A stretch of DNA of 64,000 nt from an uncultured Planctomycetales bacterium (GTDB lineage: Bacteria > Omnitrophota > Gorgyraeia > Zapsychrales > JAHFFX01), in NCBI GenBank assembly GCA_964612665.1, contig CAZTCI010000003.1:207734-271733 (forward strand), in the 5' to 3' direction. Position 1 is the stretch's first letter; each line of letters begins with the position of its first letter. The notes under the pieces were generated by a model, which did no database searches, was not told where the DNA came from, and was given only the letters and a program-made list of their open reading frames with translations. Shown here one piece after another: positions 37,179 through 47,800 of this stretch. The translations under genes were made by a program, and so were the position numbers.

Positions 37179-37837
37179 GGCTTTATGTCGTTTAAGCTTT
37201 TTAAGCTGTAAATTCTTAAAGTGAAACCACAGGTTAACTGCGGATAAACTGTATCCGCGCTGATGGAAACATTACTGACCGTTAAAAGCTGGCGGTAGCC
37301 TTCGATGGAATAAAGGAAATTCACAATCGCTTCAAACGTCCCGCGGATTTTAAAATTAATCGGCATGGCCGCCAAGGTCAACATTTCGCTTAACTGGGCG
37401 GTACGGCTTTGTTTGGTTTGTTCTTCAAAATCTTCATAAACCCGGGCGCGCGGTAATTTGCGTGATTCGGCGATTTCTTTAGGGACTTTCACTTCGGTAA
37501 AACGCTGGGTTTTCATTTCCAAAACATAAACAAGTGATTTGGCGGCGGAATCTGATATTCCATCGAGAAAAGCCGGAACATCCCTTTCTTGAAATAACAG
37601 CTCTGCAAACTCTTCCTGCTCTTTTTTAAACCGATCAATCGAATTTTGTGTCTCGACAATTTCTTTATTTAATTTGTCGAGCCGATCTTGTTTTTGTTGA
37701 AGTTCGACTAAAGCTTCTTCAGCCAAGCGCGAGCGTTGATAAGCTAAAACGCCAAGTCCCGTCGTCAACAAAAGACATACCGCAACCGCAGCAATGATAG
37801 TTTTTCGGACTGATTCAGGATTATTCATGCTCTTCAC
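37175..37837 (-). CDS. pilO: Type IV pilus inner-membrane assembly protein PilO
   Basis: A single N-terminal transmembrane helix followed by a coiled coil; position after the pilMN fusion. Confidence 0.55.
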   Translation of the reverse strand: MKSMNNPESVRKTIIAAVAVCLLLTTGLGVLAYQRSRLAEEALVELQQKQDRLDKLNKEIVETQNSIDRFKKEQEEFAELLFQERDVPAFLDGISDSAAKSLVYVLEMKTQRFTEVKVPKEIAESRKLPRARVYEDFEEQTKQSRTAQLSEMLTLAAMPINFKIRGTFEAIVNFLYSIEGYRQLLTVSNVSISADTVYPQLTCGFTLRIYSLKSLNDIKP

Positions 37838-39305
37838 CTATCTTGATATTGGCGGTGATGCCAAAACTAAAGATCTTTTGCTTAGCGACCTCTTGTTCCG
37901 TCAGAAAACTAAATTTCCCATTTTCAAGAATTGCTGAAGTATTAACTTTCCGCAGCATTTCCGCGACGGATTCAATACGAAAAGCTTCGCCCGTAAAATT
38001 AGCCAGCCCGGATTCATCGACGCTAAATGATTTTAAGGAAAGTTCTTCGGGCAGTTCGGAAGCGACCACACTTAACACTTCTGACCACGACATGCGGTTT
38101 AGAATCTTGACATACGTGGCTTGCGCGAGCAGTTGGTTGCGCACGGCGAGATATTGATCGCGTTTTTTAAAAAGCTCTTCTGATTGTTTTTGCAATGTTT
38201 CTATTTTCTGCTGAACTTCTTCAGAACTTCGACGGGCGTTTTGTTCGGTTTGATAATAGCGGTAACTCATGCCGCCTAAAATAAAACCTGCAATGCCCAT
38301 AAAAACCAAAGCCGCGGCCAGTGTTTGGTAGATATATTTTTTGGTTTGTAAATTTCTAAAGAAATGGGTTAAAGAAAATTGAGACGGAAATTTATTAAAA
38401 GCATAAATCGCGGGAACGCAGGCTAACAGATAAACAGGATTAATGCCCTGCAAGGTCTCTTTTTCTAAATAAGGAAACTGCTGTGCCTTGATCGGCTGCA
38501 ATTCAACCTTGGCTTCAGTACGCAAATACTCATCTAAAGGCGCAACTCCCTCTTCATCCCACAGGACCCAACTTTTATTAATCGATTCTTGTTTATTGTC
38601 GAGCAAATAAGATTTTGTAACGCGTTTAAGTTCTTCCGCCCAGCTGGAGGAGGCCAGCTTGTCTATTTTGCCTTGGTTGTAGGCGGGCAGAAGATGTTCT
38701 TTGCCGGTATTTGTTGAATACAGATATTTAATTTTTTGATTTTTGAAAATAATGAGATAAGTAATGTAGTCATTTACAATGACGAGAGACTGAACGCTGT
38801 CCGTGAATTCACTTGAGGCTAGTAACCCAATAAAATTGAGTGGAACGATTTCAAGTTCACGACATGGCAGGCGGGTTTGTTCGACTTCACTGCGCAAATA
38901 TTGCAATAAATCGTCGGACACGGCGGCAAAAATGATTTTATTTCTTATACTATCGAGTTCGAAACTGGAATAGACATAATCAAAATTGCGTTCGGTGAAG
39001 TTAGGGATTTTTTCAATTTCACCGGGAACAACAATCTTTAAATTGGCGTTAGATGTTTTAGGTAAGGCAATTTGATGAATAACGGTGTCGCGGCGGTTGA
39101 TCGTGAGAAAAATACGGGAAACTTTACCCGGATAAGCAGAGATCGTTTCTTTGATAAATTTGGCGAGGGCCCCAGAGAAAGACGTATCTACCTTGAAAGT
39201 GGATACGCCCGTCCCTTGCGGGGCAAGACCATTGCCTCTTTTCTCGAGAAAAACATATCTGATCTTTTGCTCTGAAATTTCCAGAGCCAAAGCTGTTAAG
39301 CTCAT
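37821..39305 (-). CDS. Fused PilM (actin-like ATPase) and PilN (transmembrane plus periplasmic) type IV pilus assembly protein
   Basis: 494 aa. The N-terminal roughly 330 aa is PilM-like. Then comes a transmembrane helix (IYQTLAAALVFMGIAGFILGG) and a coiled-coil PilN-like C-terminus. Confidence 0.6.
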   Translation of the reverse strand: MSLTALALEISEQKIRYVFLEKRGNGLAPQGTGVSTFKVDTSFSGALAKFIKETISAYPGKVSRIFLTINRRDTVIHQIALPKTSNANLKIVVPGEIEKIPNFTERNFDYVYSSFELDSIRNKIIFAAVSDDLLQYLRSEVEQTRLPCRELEIVPLNFIGLLASSEFTDSVQSLVIVNDYITYLIIFKNQKIKYLYSTNTGKEHLLPAYNQGKIDKLASSSWAEELKRVTKSYLLDNKQESINKSWVLWDEEGVAPLDEYLRTEAKVELQPIKAQQFPYLEKETLQGINPVYLLACVPAIYAFNKFPSQFSLTHFFRNLQTKKYIYQTLAAALVFMGIAGFILGGMSYRYYQTEQNARRSSEEVQQKIETLQKQSEELFKKRDQYLAVRNQLLAQATYVKILNRMSWSEVLSVVASELPEELSLKSFSVDESGLANFTGEAFRIESVAEMLRKVNTSAILENGKFSFLTEQEVAKQKIFSFGITANIKIGEEHE

Positions 39306-39346
39306 GATGTCGATCCTGGATGAAAAAGATAAGATTCGAATTATTT

Positions 39347-39420
39347 AACGCGGATTTTCGCGGATTACACACAGTTTCTCGCAGATTTCCCGACGGATAC
39401 TGCGAAAATCTGTGTGCAAT
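39347..39420 (-). terminator. Long imperfect hairpin CGCGGATTACACACAGTTTCTCGCAG / CTGCGAAAATCTGTGTGCAATCCGCG downstream of pilA; probable pilA terminator
   Basis: Read directly: arms of about 26 bp with a 17-nt loop, then U-rich sequence on the minus strand. Confidence 0.45.
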
Positions 39421-39461
39421 CCGCGTTGATCTGCGTCAAATATTTCGCATCTTTTTAAACG

Positions 39462-39827
39462 TTATTGAACGTGATCACTAATCGTTCCGTTGCTTCCCGG
39501 CGGCCAAGCTGCAAAGTGATCAGTTTTTACTGAACTCTTTCCACGGTCGGAATCACCAACAGCATAGGCAACGCCAAACGGGCAAACGGGTTTTGTTTCA
39601 AGATATTTTCCAGTTACTAATGCATCGACGCTGTTACATTTGTTCCAATCATGTGTTTCGGTGTAGCATAACTGTAACGCGGTATCGATTGAACGCAGGT
39701 TTGAAGCGCATTCCTTATTATTGGCTTGCTTGATGGCCTTTAAGGTATTGGGCAAAATTAACCCAATCAAGACGCCGATAATAACTAACACAACCAACAA
39801 CTCAACTAATGTAAAACCTTTTTTCAC
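39462..39827 (-). CDS. pilA: Type IVa major pilin PilA
   Basis: A GTG start sits 6 nt after AAGGAGG, giving MKKGFTLVELLVVLVIIGVLIGL (class III signal peptide, Gly-1/Phe+1/Glu+5). The ORF-track start upstream would read through the RBS. Confidence 0.75.
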   Translation of the reverse strand: MKKGFTLVELLVVLVIIGVLIGLILPNTLKAIKQANNKECASNLRSIDTALQLCYTETHDWNKCNSVDALVTGKYLETKPVCPFGVAYAVGDSDRGKSSVKTDHFAAWPPGSNGTISDHVQ

Positions 39828-39875
39828 TTTGTTCCTCCTTGTTTTTATTGACGGGATCTCATCTATCTTCCATTT

Positions 39876-39893
39876 CGCAAACAAATGCGCCAT
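39876..39893 (-). promoter_or_regulatory. Possible sigma54-type promoter upstream of pilA (TGGCGC-N5-TTTGC on the minus strand)
   Basis: The GG/GC spacing is one nucleotide longer than the TGGCAC-N5-TTGCW consensus. Confidence 0.25.
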
Positions 39894-40127
39894 TTGTCGA
39901 GCATGCGAACGGATTTGAACAAAAATTTATTGACCTTTTTCTTAGATGGAAATTTGCATAATTTTTAGAAAAGAAAGACCAATAAATTCTAAAAAGCGAA
40001 GTATAACATCCTTAAGAACGTTTTGGCAAGGTGAGGCAGAAGACATGCGTCGTACACTTGGAGCAGTTCAAACGCCAATTTCAGACGATGTAATTAAATG
40101 TTAGAGAGAACAACAAATGGATAGACT

Positions 40128-41342
40128 TTATAAAGACCGCAGCGTATTTTGCAATGTAAAGATCGGAAAATAAATACCCAACAAAATTACCAAGACAATC
40201 GCTCCGACCATAATAATCAATACGATTTCAAGATAAGTAAGCATTTTGTGGATCTTATAATCCACTTCTTCATCCAGATGATCGGCGACTTTCTCTAATA
40301 AATACGGCAGTTTGCCCGTGCTTTCGCCGATACCAACCATTTCAACAAGCATAATCGGGAACATCTTTGTTGATTTAAATGCATCGTACAATGAAACACC
40401 TTCCATCACACCTTCGCGAAGTTGGCTGATCGCATTTTCAATTGGGATGTTGGTCACGGTTGCTTTGGCCACCTCGACGGCGGTCACAAGCGGAACACCG
40501 CTTCCTATCAGTAAACTGAGAGAACGGGCGAAACGGCTTACCGCCAGAGAATAAAAAATACTTTTGAAACCTGGCATTTTTAACTTCCATGAATCAATGA
40601 CAAACCCAAATTGTTTGGTTTTGCGTAGGCGTTTATAGAGGAACACAGCGGTTGATATAACAACCACGGCTGAAGCTAAAAAAAGCGGATTACGGACTAA
40701 ACTAGAAATACTAAAAAGCATTTTAGTCAAAGCAGGTAATTGGACATGTAATTTCAAAAGGACTTTTTGAAACGTTGGAACAACAAAAATAAACATTCCC
40801 ATTAAAACTAAAAAAGCAAAACCCAAAACCAACAGTGGATACAGCGTGGCACGTTTGATACGGCCGACAAATTCTCTCTGGTCTTGAAGGTATTGGCTTA
40901 GTTTTTTCAATATTCCGGCCAACCCGGCGCCGACCTCAGCGACGGAAATCAAGGCCAGATACATAATAGGAAAAACTTCCGGAAACGTGTCAAAGGATTG
41001 ACGTAACGTGGCGCCGTCTTCTAGCTTTTTGCGGATTTGAGTCACCATAATTTGGACCTCTTTATTTTCCGACTGTTTCCAAAGAATATGCAATGACAAT
41101 AAAATCGGGACACCGGCTTCAATCAAAGAAGCCAAACGGTGGGTGAACATCAAAAGGTTATCAAGATTTAATTTTATTTTGGCAAATTGCGCGGGGTCAT
41201 AATTCTTCGCCGATATAAAATAATACTCAGAACTGCGGAATTGTTTTTTAACGTCCTGAACATCTTTCCCCTCAGTCACGCCGAAAAATGTGCGGCCGGT
41301 ATCGTCTTTTAATTTATAAAGGAATGTGGGCATAGGGTTCAA
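40128..41342 (-). CDS. pilC: Type IV pilus platform protein PilC (GspF family)
   Basis: 404 aa with two GspF repeats and three transmembrane helices. Confidence 0.75.
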   Translation of the reverse strand: MNPMPTFLYKLKDDTGRTFFGVTEGKDVQDVKKQFRSSEYYFISAKNYDPAQFAKIKLNLDNLLMFTHRLASLIEAGVPILLSLHILWKQSENKEVQIMVTQIRKKLEDGATLRQSFDTFPEVFPIMYLALISVAEVGAGLAGILKKLSQYLQDQREFVGRIKRATLYPLLVLGFAFLVLMGMFIFVVPTFQKVLLKLHVQLPALTKMLFSISSLVRNPLFLASAVVVISTAVFLYKRLRKTKQFGFVIDSWKLKMPGFKSIFYSLAVSRFARSLSLLIGSGVPLVTAVEVAKATVTNIPIENAISQLREGVMEGVSLYDAFKSTKMFPIMLVEMVGIGESTGKLPYLLEKVADHLDEEVDYKIHKMLTYLEIVLIIMVGAIVLVILLGIYFPIFTLQNTLRSL

Positions 41343-43054
41343 CCAATGTTTTCCGTCAAGGTCACCCGCATTACTTCAGCATACGATGTTACCTTTTCAA
41401 TGACTTTTTTATAGCCGGCCATTCGCAGCGTTTGCATACTGCCAGAGGCGACTAAACTATTTGTAATCTCTTGATCGTCGGTTTTTTTAAGAATTAAATG
41501 CCGCAAATCTGGAGTAACTTTGAGAATTTCAAACAACCCAATCCGCCCAGCGTATCCTGTATGGAAACATTTTTCACAGCCAACGGGATCAGCTACTGTG
41601 ATTGGTCCCTTAACCGATAATTCAGCGGCTATCAAGGCTTCAACTTCCGCCGAAGCCTTGCTTTCTTTTTTACAATAAGGACAAAGCCGGCGGATAAGAC
41701 GCTGGGCAACAACGCCAATCAAGGTTGAACTTAAAAGAAATGGCTCAACGTTCATTTCTAAAAGTCTGGTCACGGCACCGGCCGCAGAATTCGTATGCAA
41801 CGTCGCTAAAACAAGATGTCCGGTCAAAGCGGCTCGCACCGACACCTCCGCCGTTTCAATATCACGGATCTCGCCTACCATAATAATATTCGGATCATGC
41901 CGAAGAATGTGGCGGATAGCGTTCGCAAAACTATATCCCGTATGGTTATTAATATTTGTTTGAGTGATGCCTTCTAACTGATATTCAACCGGGTCTTCGA
42001 CGGTAATGATATTGGTCGAAATTTTATTAAGTTCATTGAGGATGGAATAAAGCGTGGTCGTCTTGCCGGCGCCCGTCGGCCCCGTTACCAAAACCATGCC
42101 GTGAGGACGGGTAATAAATTTTTTGATTTGTTCAATTTCATGGGAACCAAGTCCAAGAGATTCCAAGGTATGTGAAATTGTTTTTTCATTTAAAATCCGT
42201 AAAGAGATGGTTTCACCGTTCATATCAAGCAGCGTCGACACACGGATATCAAAATTCTGACCGTTTTCCTGCCAGGAGATCCGGCCGTCCTGAGGCTTAC
42301 GGTTCTCAGCCACATCCATGCCCGCCATAATTTTTAGACGCGAAATCACTTTGCGGGATAAATCCTGAGGGATGGACACCTTTTCAAACAAGATGCCGTC
42401 AATCCTAAAACGCACGCGCAGATTTTCTTTTTGAGGTTCAAAATGAATATCCGAGGCGCCTTCCTTAATAGCTTGGCTTAAAACAGAACTGACTAATTTC
42501 AGGATGGGTGTTTCTTGCGGGTCGACACTTTGGGCATTGCGGATCGCTTGAAAAGTACGTCTTGACTCATGCGATCTTTTTAAACGTGCGGTGATGTCTT
42601 TTAATCCAGCCAAGACGGGTCTCACTTGATGGCCGCTTATATAACGGATTTCTTGCAGAGCCACAACATCAAGAGGATCGCTGGTGGCAACAATAAGATT
42701 ATTATCTTTAATTTCAATCGGAAGGACTTTGTGTTTATCAAGGATTTCAGAAGGAAATGAACTTAAGAGCTTTTCGTTGAGTGCGCAATTTTCCAGGTCG
42801 ATAATGGGCAGCCGATAAATGCCGGCAATGATTTTCAAAATCTCTTTTTCATCAACGGCTTCTTGATCGACGAGAATTTCGCCGATTCTTTTATCGGTCG
42901 CCTTTTGTTTTTCCAGGGCGGCGTTAAGCTGGGCAAGGGTAATTAAGCCCTGTTCAACAAGTAAATCGCCTATTTTTAAGTTGCGTTGGGTTTCCATAGT
43001 TTTAACCAGCAAACAATAGGATAAAAGTATAACAGGCAATTTTGGGTTTAACAA
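41339..43054 (-). CDS. pilB: Type IV pilus assembly ATPase PilB (GspE family)
   Basis: N-terminal GSPII_E_N domain, GPTGAGKTTT Walker A, an Asp box, and a tetracysteine motif (CPYCK...CEKC). Confidence 0.8.
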   Translation of the reverse strand: MLNPKLPVILLSYCLLVKTMETQRNLKIGDLLVEQGLITLAQLNAALEKQKATDKRIGEILVDQEAVDEKEILKIIAGIYRLPIIDLENCALNEKLLSSFPSEILDKHKVLPIEIKDNNLIVATSDPLDVVALQEIRYISGHQVRPVLAGLKDITARLKRSHESRRTFQAIRNAQSVDPQETPILKLVSSVLSQAIKEGASDIHFEPQKENLRVRFRIDGILFEKVSIPQDLSRKVISRLKIMAGMDVAENRKPQDGRISWQENGQNFDIRVSTLLDMNGETISLRILNEKTISHTLESLGLGSHEIEQIKKFITRPHGMVLVTGPTGAGKTTTLYSILNELNKISTNIITVEDPVEYQLEGITQTNINNHTGYSFANAIRHILRHDPNIIMVGEIRDIETAEVSVRAALTGHLVLATLHTNSAAGAVTRLLEMNVEPFLLSSTLIGVVAQRLIRRLCPYCKKESKASAEVEALIAAELSVKGPITVADPVGCEKCFHTGYAGRIGLFEILKVTPDLRHLILKKTDDQEITNSLVASGSMQTLRMAGYKKVIEKVTSYAEVMRVTLTENIG

Positions 43055-43067
43055 TTTTCTTTATGAT

Positions 43068-43108
43068 CGGGGCCTGGCCTCGAATCAAAGTACTCGGGCC
43101 AGGCCCCG
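43068..43108. repeat. GC-rich perfect 12-bp hairpin CGGGGCCTGGCC/GGCCAGGCCCCG with a 17-nt loop
   Basis: Read directly. Confidence 0.5.
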
Positions 43109-43119
43109 TCGCCTTTCGC

Positions 43120-43166
43120 CAAAAAAATAGCCAGTCATCCGAGAGAGGATGACTGGCTATTTTTTA
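43120..43166. terminator. Bidirectional intrinsic terminator: A7 - ATAGCCAGTCATCC - gagaga - GGATGACTGGCTAT - T6
   Basis: 14-bp perfect stem flanked by A and T tracts, downstream of gap. Confidence 0.8.
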
Positions 43167-43223
43167 CTTCCAATGATCTATTTTATGACTTTAAATCCAA
43201 GAATGGATAAAAGTTCACTTATA

Positions 43224-44366
<1,143 letters not shown>

Positions 44367-44611
44367 TTAAAAACTTTTCTGACAAAGCGGCGGCATTATA
44401 ACATAAAGGGTTTTAGGTGCAATTAAATTTCTTTTGCCTAAAAGCATTTCAGCATTTTCTCAATTGCAAAAATAGTTTTTCAAATAACAACAGCTAACTC
44501 AATATGCTCTTTAACAAGAAACCGTTTTCTCCCCCCCAAAGTCCCACCTTGTTTTCTTCACATTCGTCGGGTATCCTTTCTTTCGACTATAGTATTTTGT
44601 ACATAGAAAAA

Positions 44612-44680
44612 GGCAAACCGCTCGTAAGAGCGGGACCTAGGCACGACAGGAAGCAAAAAGAAATAAACCGTCCTAGCCCA
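44612..44680 (+). ncRNA. Candidate structured leader element upstream of the giant gene: GGCAAACC - GCUC GUAA GAGC (GNRA-capped hairpin) - GGGACCUAGGCAC ... GUCCUAGCCC
   Basis: Locally resembles the 5' half of a GEMM-I (c-di-GMP-I) riboswitch, GGCAAACC-hairpin(GNRA)-GGGAC, but lacks the conserved GCAAAGCC junction. Shares the 11-mer GGCAAACCGCT with the element at 26966-27066. Confidence 0.25.
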
Positions 44681-44871
44681 GCACAACCTACCTGAAAACG
44701 CTTCTAACATTTCAGACCCGCTGGGGCAAAGCTACAGGATCCTTAAACGGACAGCCAGCTACCTATGCAAAGACGCCCAAGACTCATCCGAAATTTTATC
44801 TATCCCAGAACCATCGGCCACACAAAAGCGATGGATTTTCGTGGTTATTCCAAAAAAGCAAAGGACAATTT

Positions 44872-47800
44872 ATGAAAAAGATTATATTCGTTTTGAGTTT
44901 ATTGATGATTCCATTCACTACTGCCCAGGCCGCCACGGTCGTGGTTGGCGAAAAGAATATTCTTTCAGCCGATGATAACGGTAATGGCAATTTACTTGTG
45001 ACACAGAAAGCCACCTTAAGTCAAACAGCCACTCTTCAAAGTTTGTCCTTTTATATCACGTCAGCAGCAGGAAAAATGCGTCTGGGGATCTATGATGCGA
45101 CTGGTCCGGGTGGTGGGCCTGGAAATAAAAAAGCAGAAACGAATGAAATCACACCTGTGGTGGGATGGAACACGGCGAATGTGACTTCGGCAGTGTCCTT
45201 GCCGTCGGGGACTTACTGGCTGGCCTATTTTCCCAGTGACAACCGCCTCGCCTTCAAAAAGAAATTGACAGGAAGTGCGAAATATTATTCATTGACCTAC
45301 GGTTCTCTACCCGCGAAATTTTCGACAACACCAAATTCAGAAGTCGTCCACTGGTCATTGTACGCCACCTTTTCAACGACTTCCTCGGCGGATAAAACCC
45401 CGCCGAACGTATCATTAACCGCTCCCGCCAATGGTGCAAGTGTGTCTGGATCATCCGTGACCGTCTCCGCGAACGCCTCGGATAACGTTGGGGTGGCCGG
45501 TGTTCAGTTTAAACTTGACGGAAATAACCTCGGGGCCGAAGATACATCTTCTCCCTACAGCATCACCATGGATTCAACGAAGGTTTCCAATGGCGTTCAC
45601 AGCTTAACGGCTGTGGCCCGTGACAGCGCTGAAAATACAAAAACGTCTTCAGCCGTTTCTATAACAGTCAACAATTCCACGCCTATCTCTGTGGTCATCA
45701 GTGGTCTGACCCTCAATAATAATGACACCTTAGGCGGCGCTATCATGACGCTTACTAACGGCGATTCTATTAATCTTTCAAATTTACCTACTCAAAATAT
45801 CAATATTGAAGCCAAAGTGACTTCAACCGGCACTGGTGTTTCTCATGTCGATTTCAAACTTGATTCTTTTACGCATACAGAAGTCTCCGCGCCTTACGCC
45901 TTGTGCGGCGACTGGGCGGCTTGTCCCGCGGGACTTTTTTCTGTTGGCTCTCATACTTTGACTGTCACGCCTTTTGATTCCGCCAACGCCGCCGGACAAA
46001 CAACCACAATCACTTTTCAAGTTATTAAAACAACGCCGCCTCCGTCAGACACAACACCGCCGACTGTTTCAATGACCGCTCCCGCTAATAATTCAAGCGT
46101 TTCCGGATCAAACGTAACTGTTTCCGCTAACGCTTCCGATGATGTTGGTGTCGTTGGAGTTCAATTTAAATTAGATGGAAACACTTTAAGTGCTGAAGAT
46201 ACTTCATCTCCCTACTTTATTATATGGGATGCAACTAAAACTTCTAACGGCGCCCACACTTTAACCGCGACCGCCCGTGATGCTGCCGGGAATTCTAAAA
46301 CATCTTCTGTCGTTAATGTCACTGTTAACAATCCAGACACAACCGCGCCTTCGGCCCCGACGGGTTTGATGGCCAAAGTTATTTCAACATCCGAAATCGA
46401 TTTGTCCTGGAACGCTTCAACGGATAACGTCGGCGTTACCGGTTACAACATTTACCGCAACAATCAATTAATCAAAACTCAAAACACGTTAGCGTTAGCC
46501 GATACCGGATTGACCGCCTCAACCACTTATGCCTACGGCGTCAGCGCCATTGACGCGGCCGGCAATGAATCCGCAAAAACGACGGTCAGTGCCAAGACTA
46601 ATGATAACCAAGCGCCCGTTGTCAGTCCGATTTCCCGCGACACCGCTGATGTTGATCCGGCAACGACCGGCTTACAATTTTACGAAGGGACAACTGTAAC
46701 CTATTCCAGCTCAGCCACCGATCCCGACAACGATCCATTGACTTGGAGCTGGATTTACACGCGTAACGGCGGGGCTGAAGTTGTTTTTAAAACCGGCACT
46801 GGCGCCGTTCAAAATGCCGTTTTCACTTATCCGACGGGAAGCGCTGGCACAACTTATCATTGGATTTTACGCGTCAGCGACGGCATTCATACCGTTGAAA
46901 GTACGCTTGATGTTTCGATCATCACACCTCCAGACACAACCGCGCCAACAGTTTCAATGACCACGCCGGCGAATAATGCAAGTGTCTCTGGAAGTTCGAT
47001 CACTGTTTCGGCGAACGCATCAGACAACGCCGGTGTCATCGGTGTTCAATTCAAAATGGATGGGAATACTTATGGCGCTGAAGATATGGCTTCTCCTTAT
47101 TCCATCGTCATGGACTCAACAAAAGTTTCCAACGGCGCTCACACGTTAACCGCAACAGCCCGCGATGCCGTCGGGAATTCCACGACGTCTTCTGTTGTCA
47201 ACATTACCGTCAGCAATGATTTAACCGCCCCGACTGTTTCTATTTCCGCGCCGGCCAACAACGCCAGCGTTTCCGGAAGTTCGGTCACGGTTTCAGCCAA
47301 TGCAGCCGATAACGTTGGCGTCGTTGGCGTTCAATTCAAACTCGACGGAAATAATCTGGGCGCTGAAGATACTGCCAGCCCTTATTCTGTTATTTTAGAT
47401 TCAACTAAAATTTCAAACGCGTCTCACACTTTAACTGCTGTCGCGCGTGATGCGGCGGGGAATTCGACTACATCGTCAACCATTACAATCACGGTTAACA
47501 ATCAACCACCAGACACAACTCCGCCGACCGTTTCAATGACGGCTCCGGCGAATAACGCAAGCGTCTCTGGCGCTTCTGTTACTGTATCTGCGAATACTTC
47601 TGACAACGTCGGCGTCGTCGGCGTTCAATTTATTTTGGATAGTTCTAATTTAGGTGCTGAAGACACAACGTCTCCTTACAGTGTTGTTTTAGATTCAACC
47701 AAAATCAGCAACGGCGCGCACACGCTTAAAGCTGTCGCGCGCGATGCGGCCGGAAATCTTGGAACATCTTCCATCGTTAATATCATGGTCAACAATCAAG

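Noticed and set aside
39462-39893. 143-aa pilin ORF starting MAHLFAKWKIDE...
   Set aside because: An AAGGAGG RBS sits 6 nt before an in-frame GTG that gives the canonical MKKGFTLVEL prepilin leader. The longer ORF would translate through the RBS.
44500-44700. RNase P RNA, SRP RNA or tmRNA in the gap-giant gene intergenic region
   Set aside because: The GGAAAGUCCGG P4 motif, the SRP domain-IV AGGAAGCAGC motif and the tmRNA tag-ORF/CCA-end features are all absent. Only a local GUAAGAGCG coincidence with RNase P was seen.
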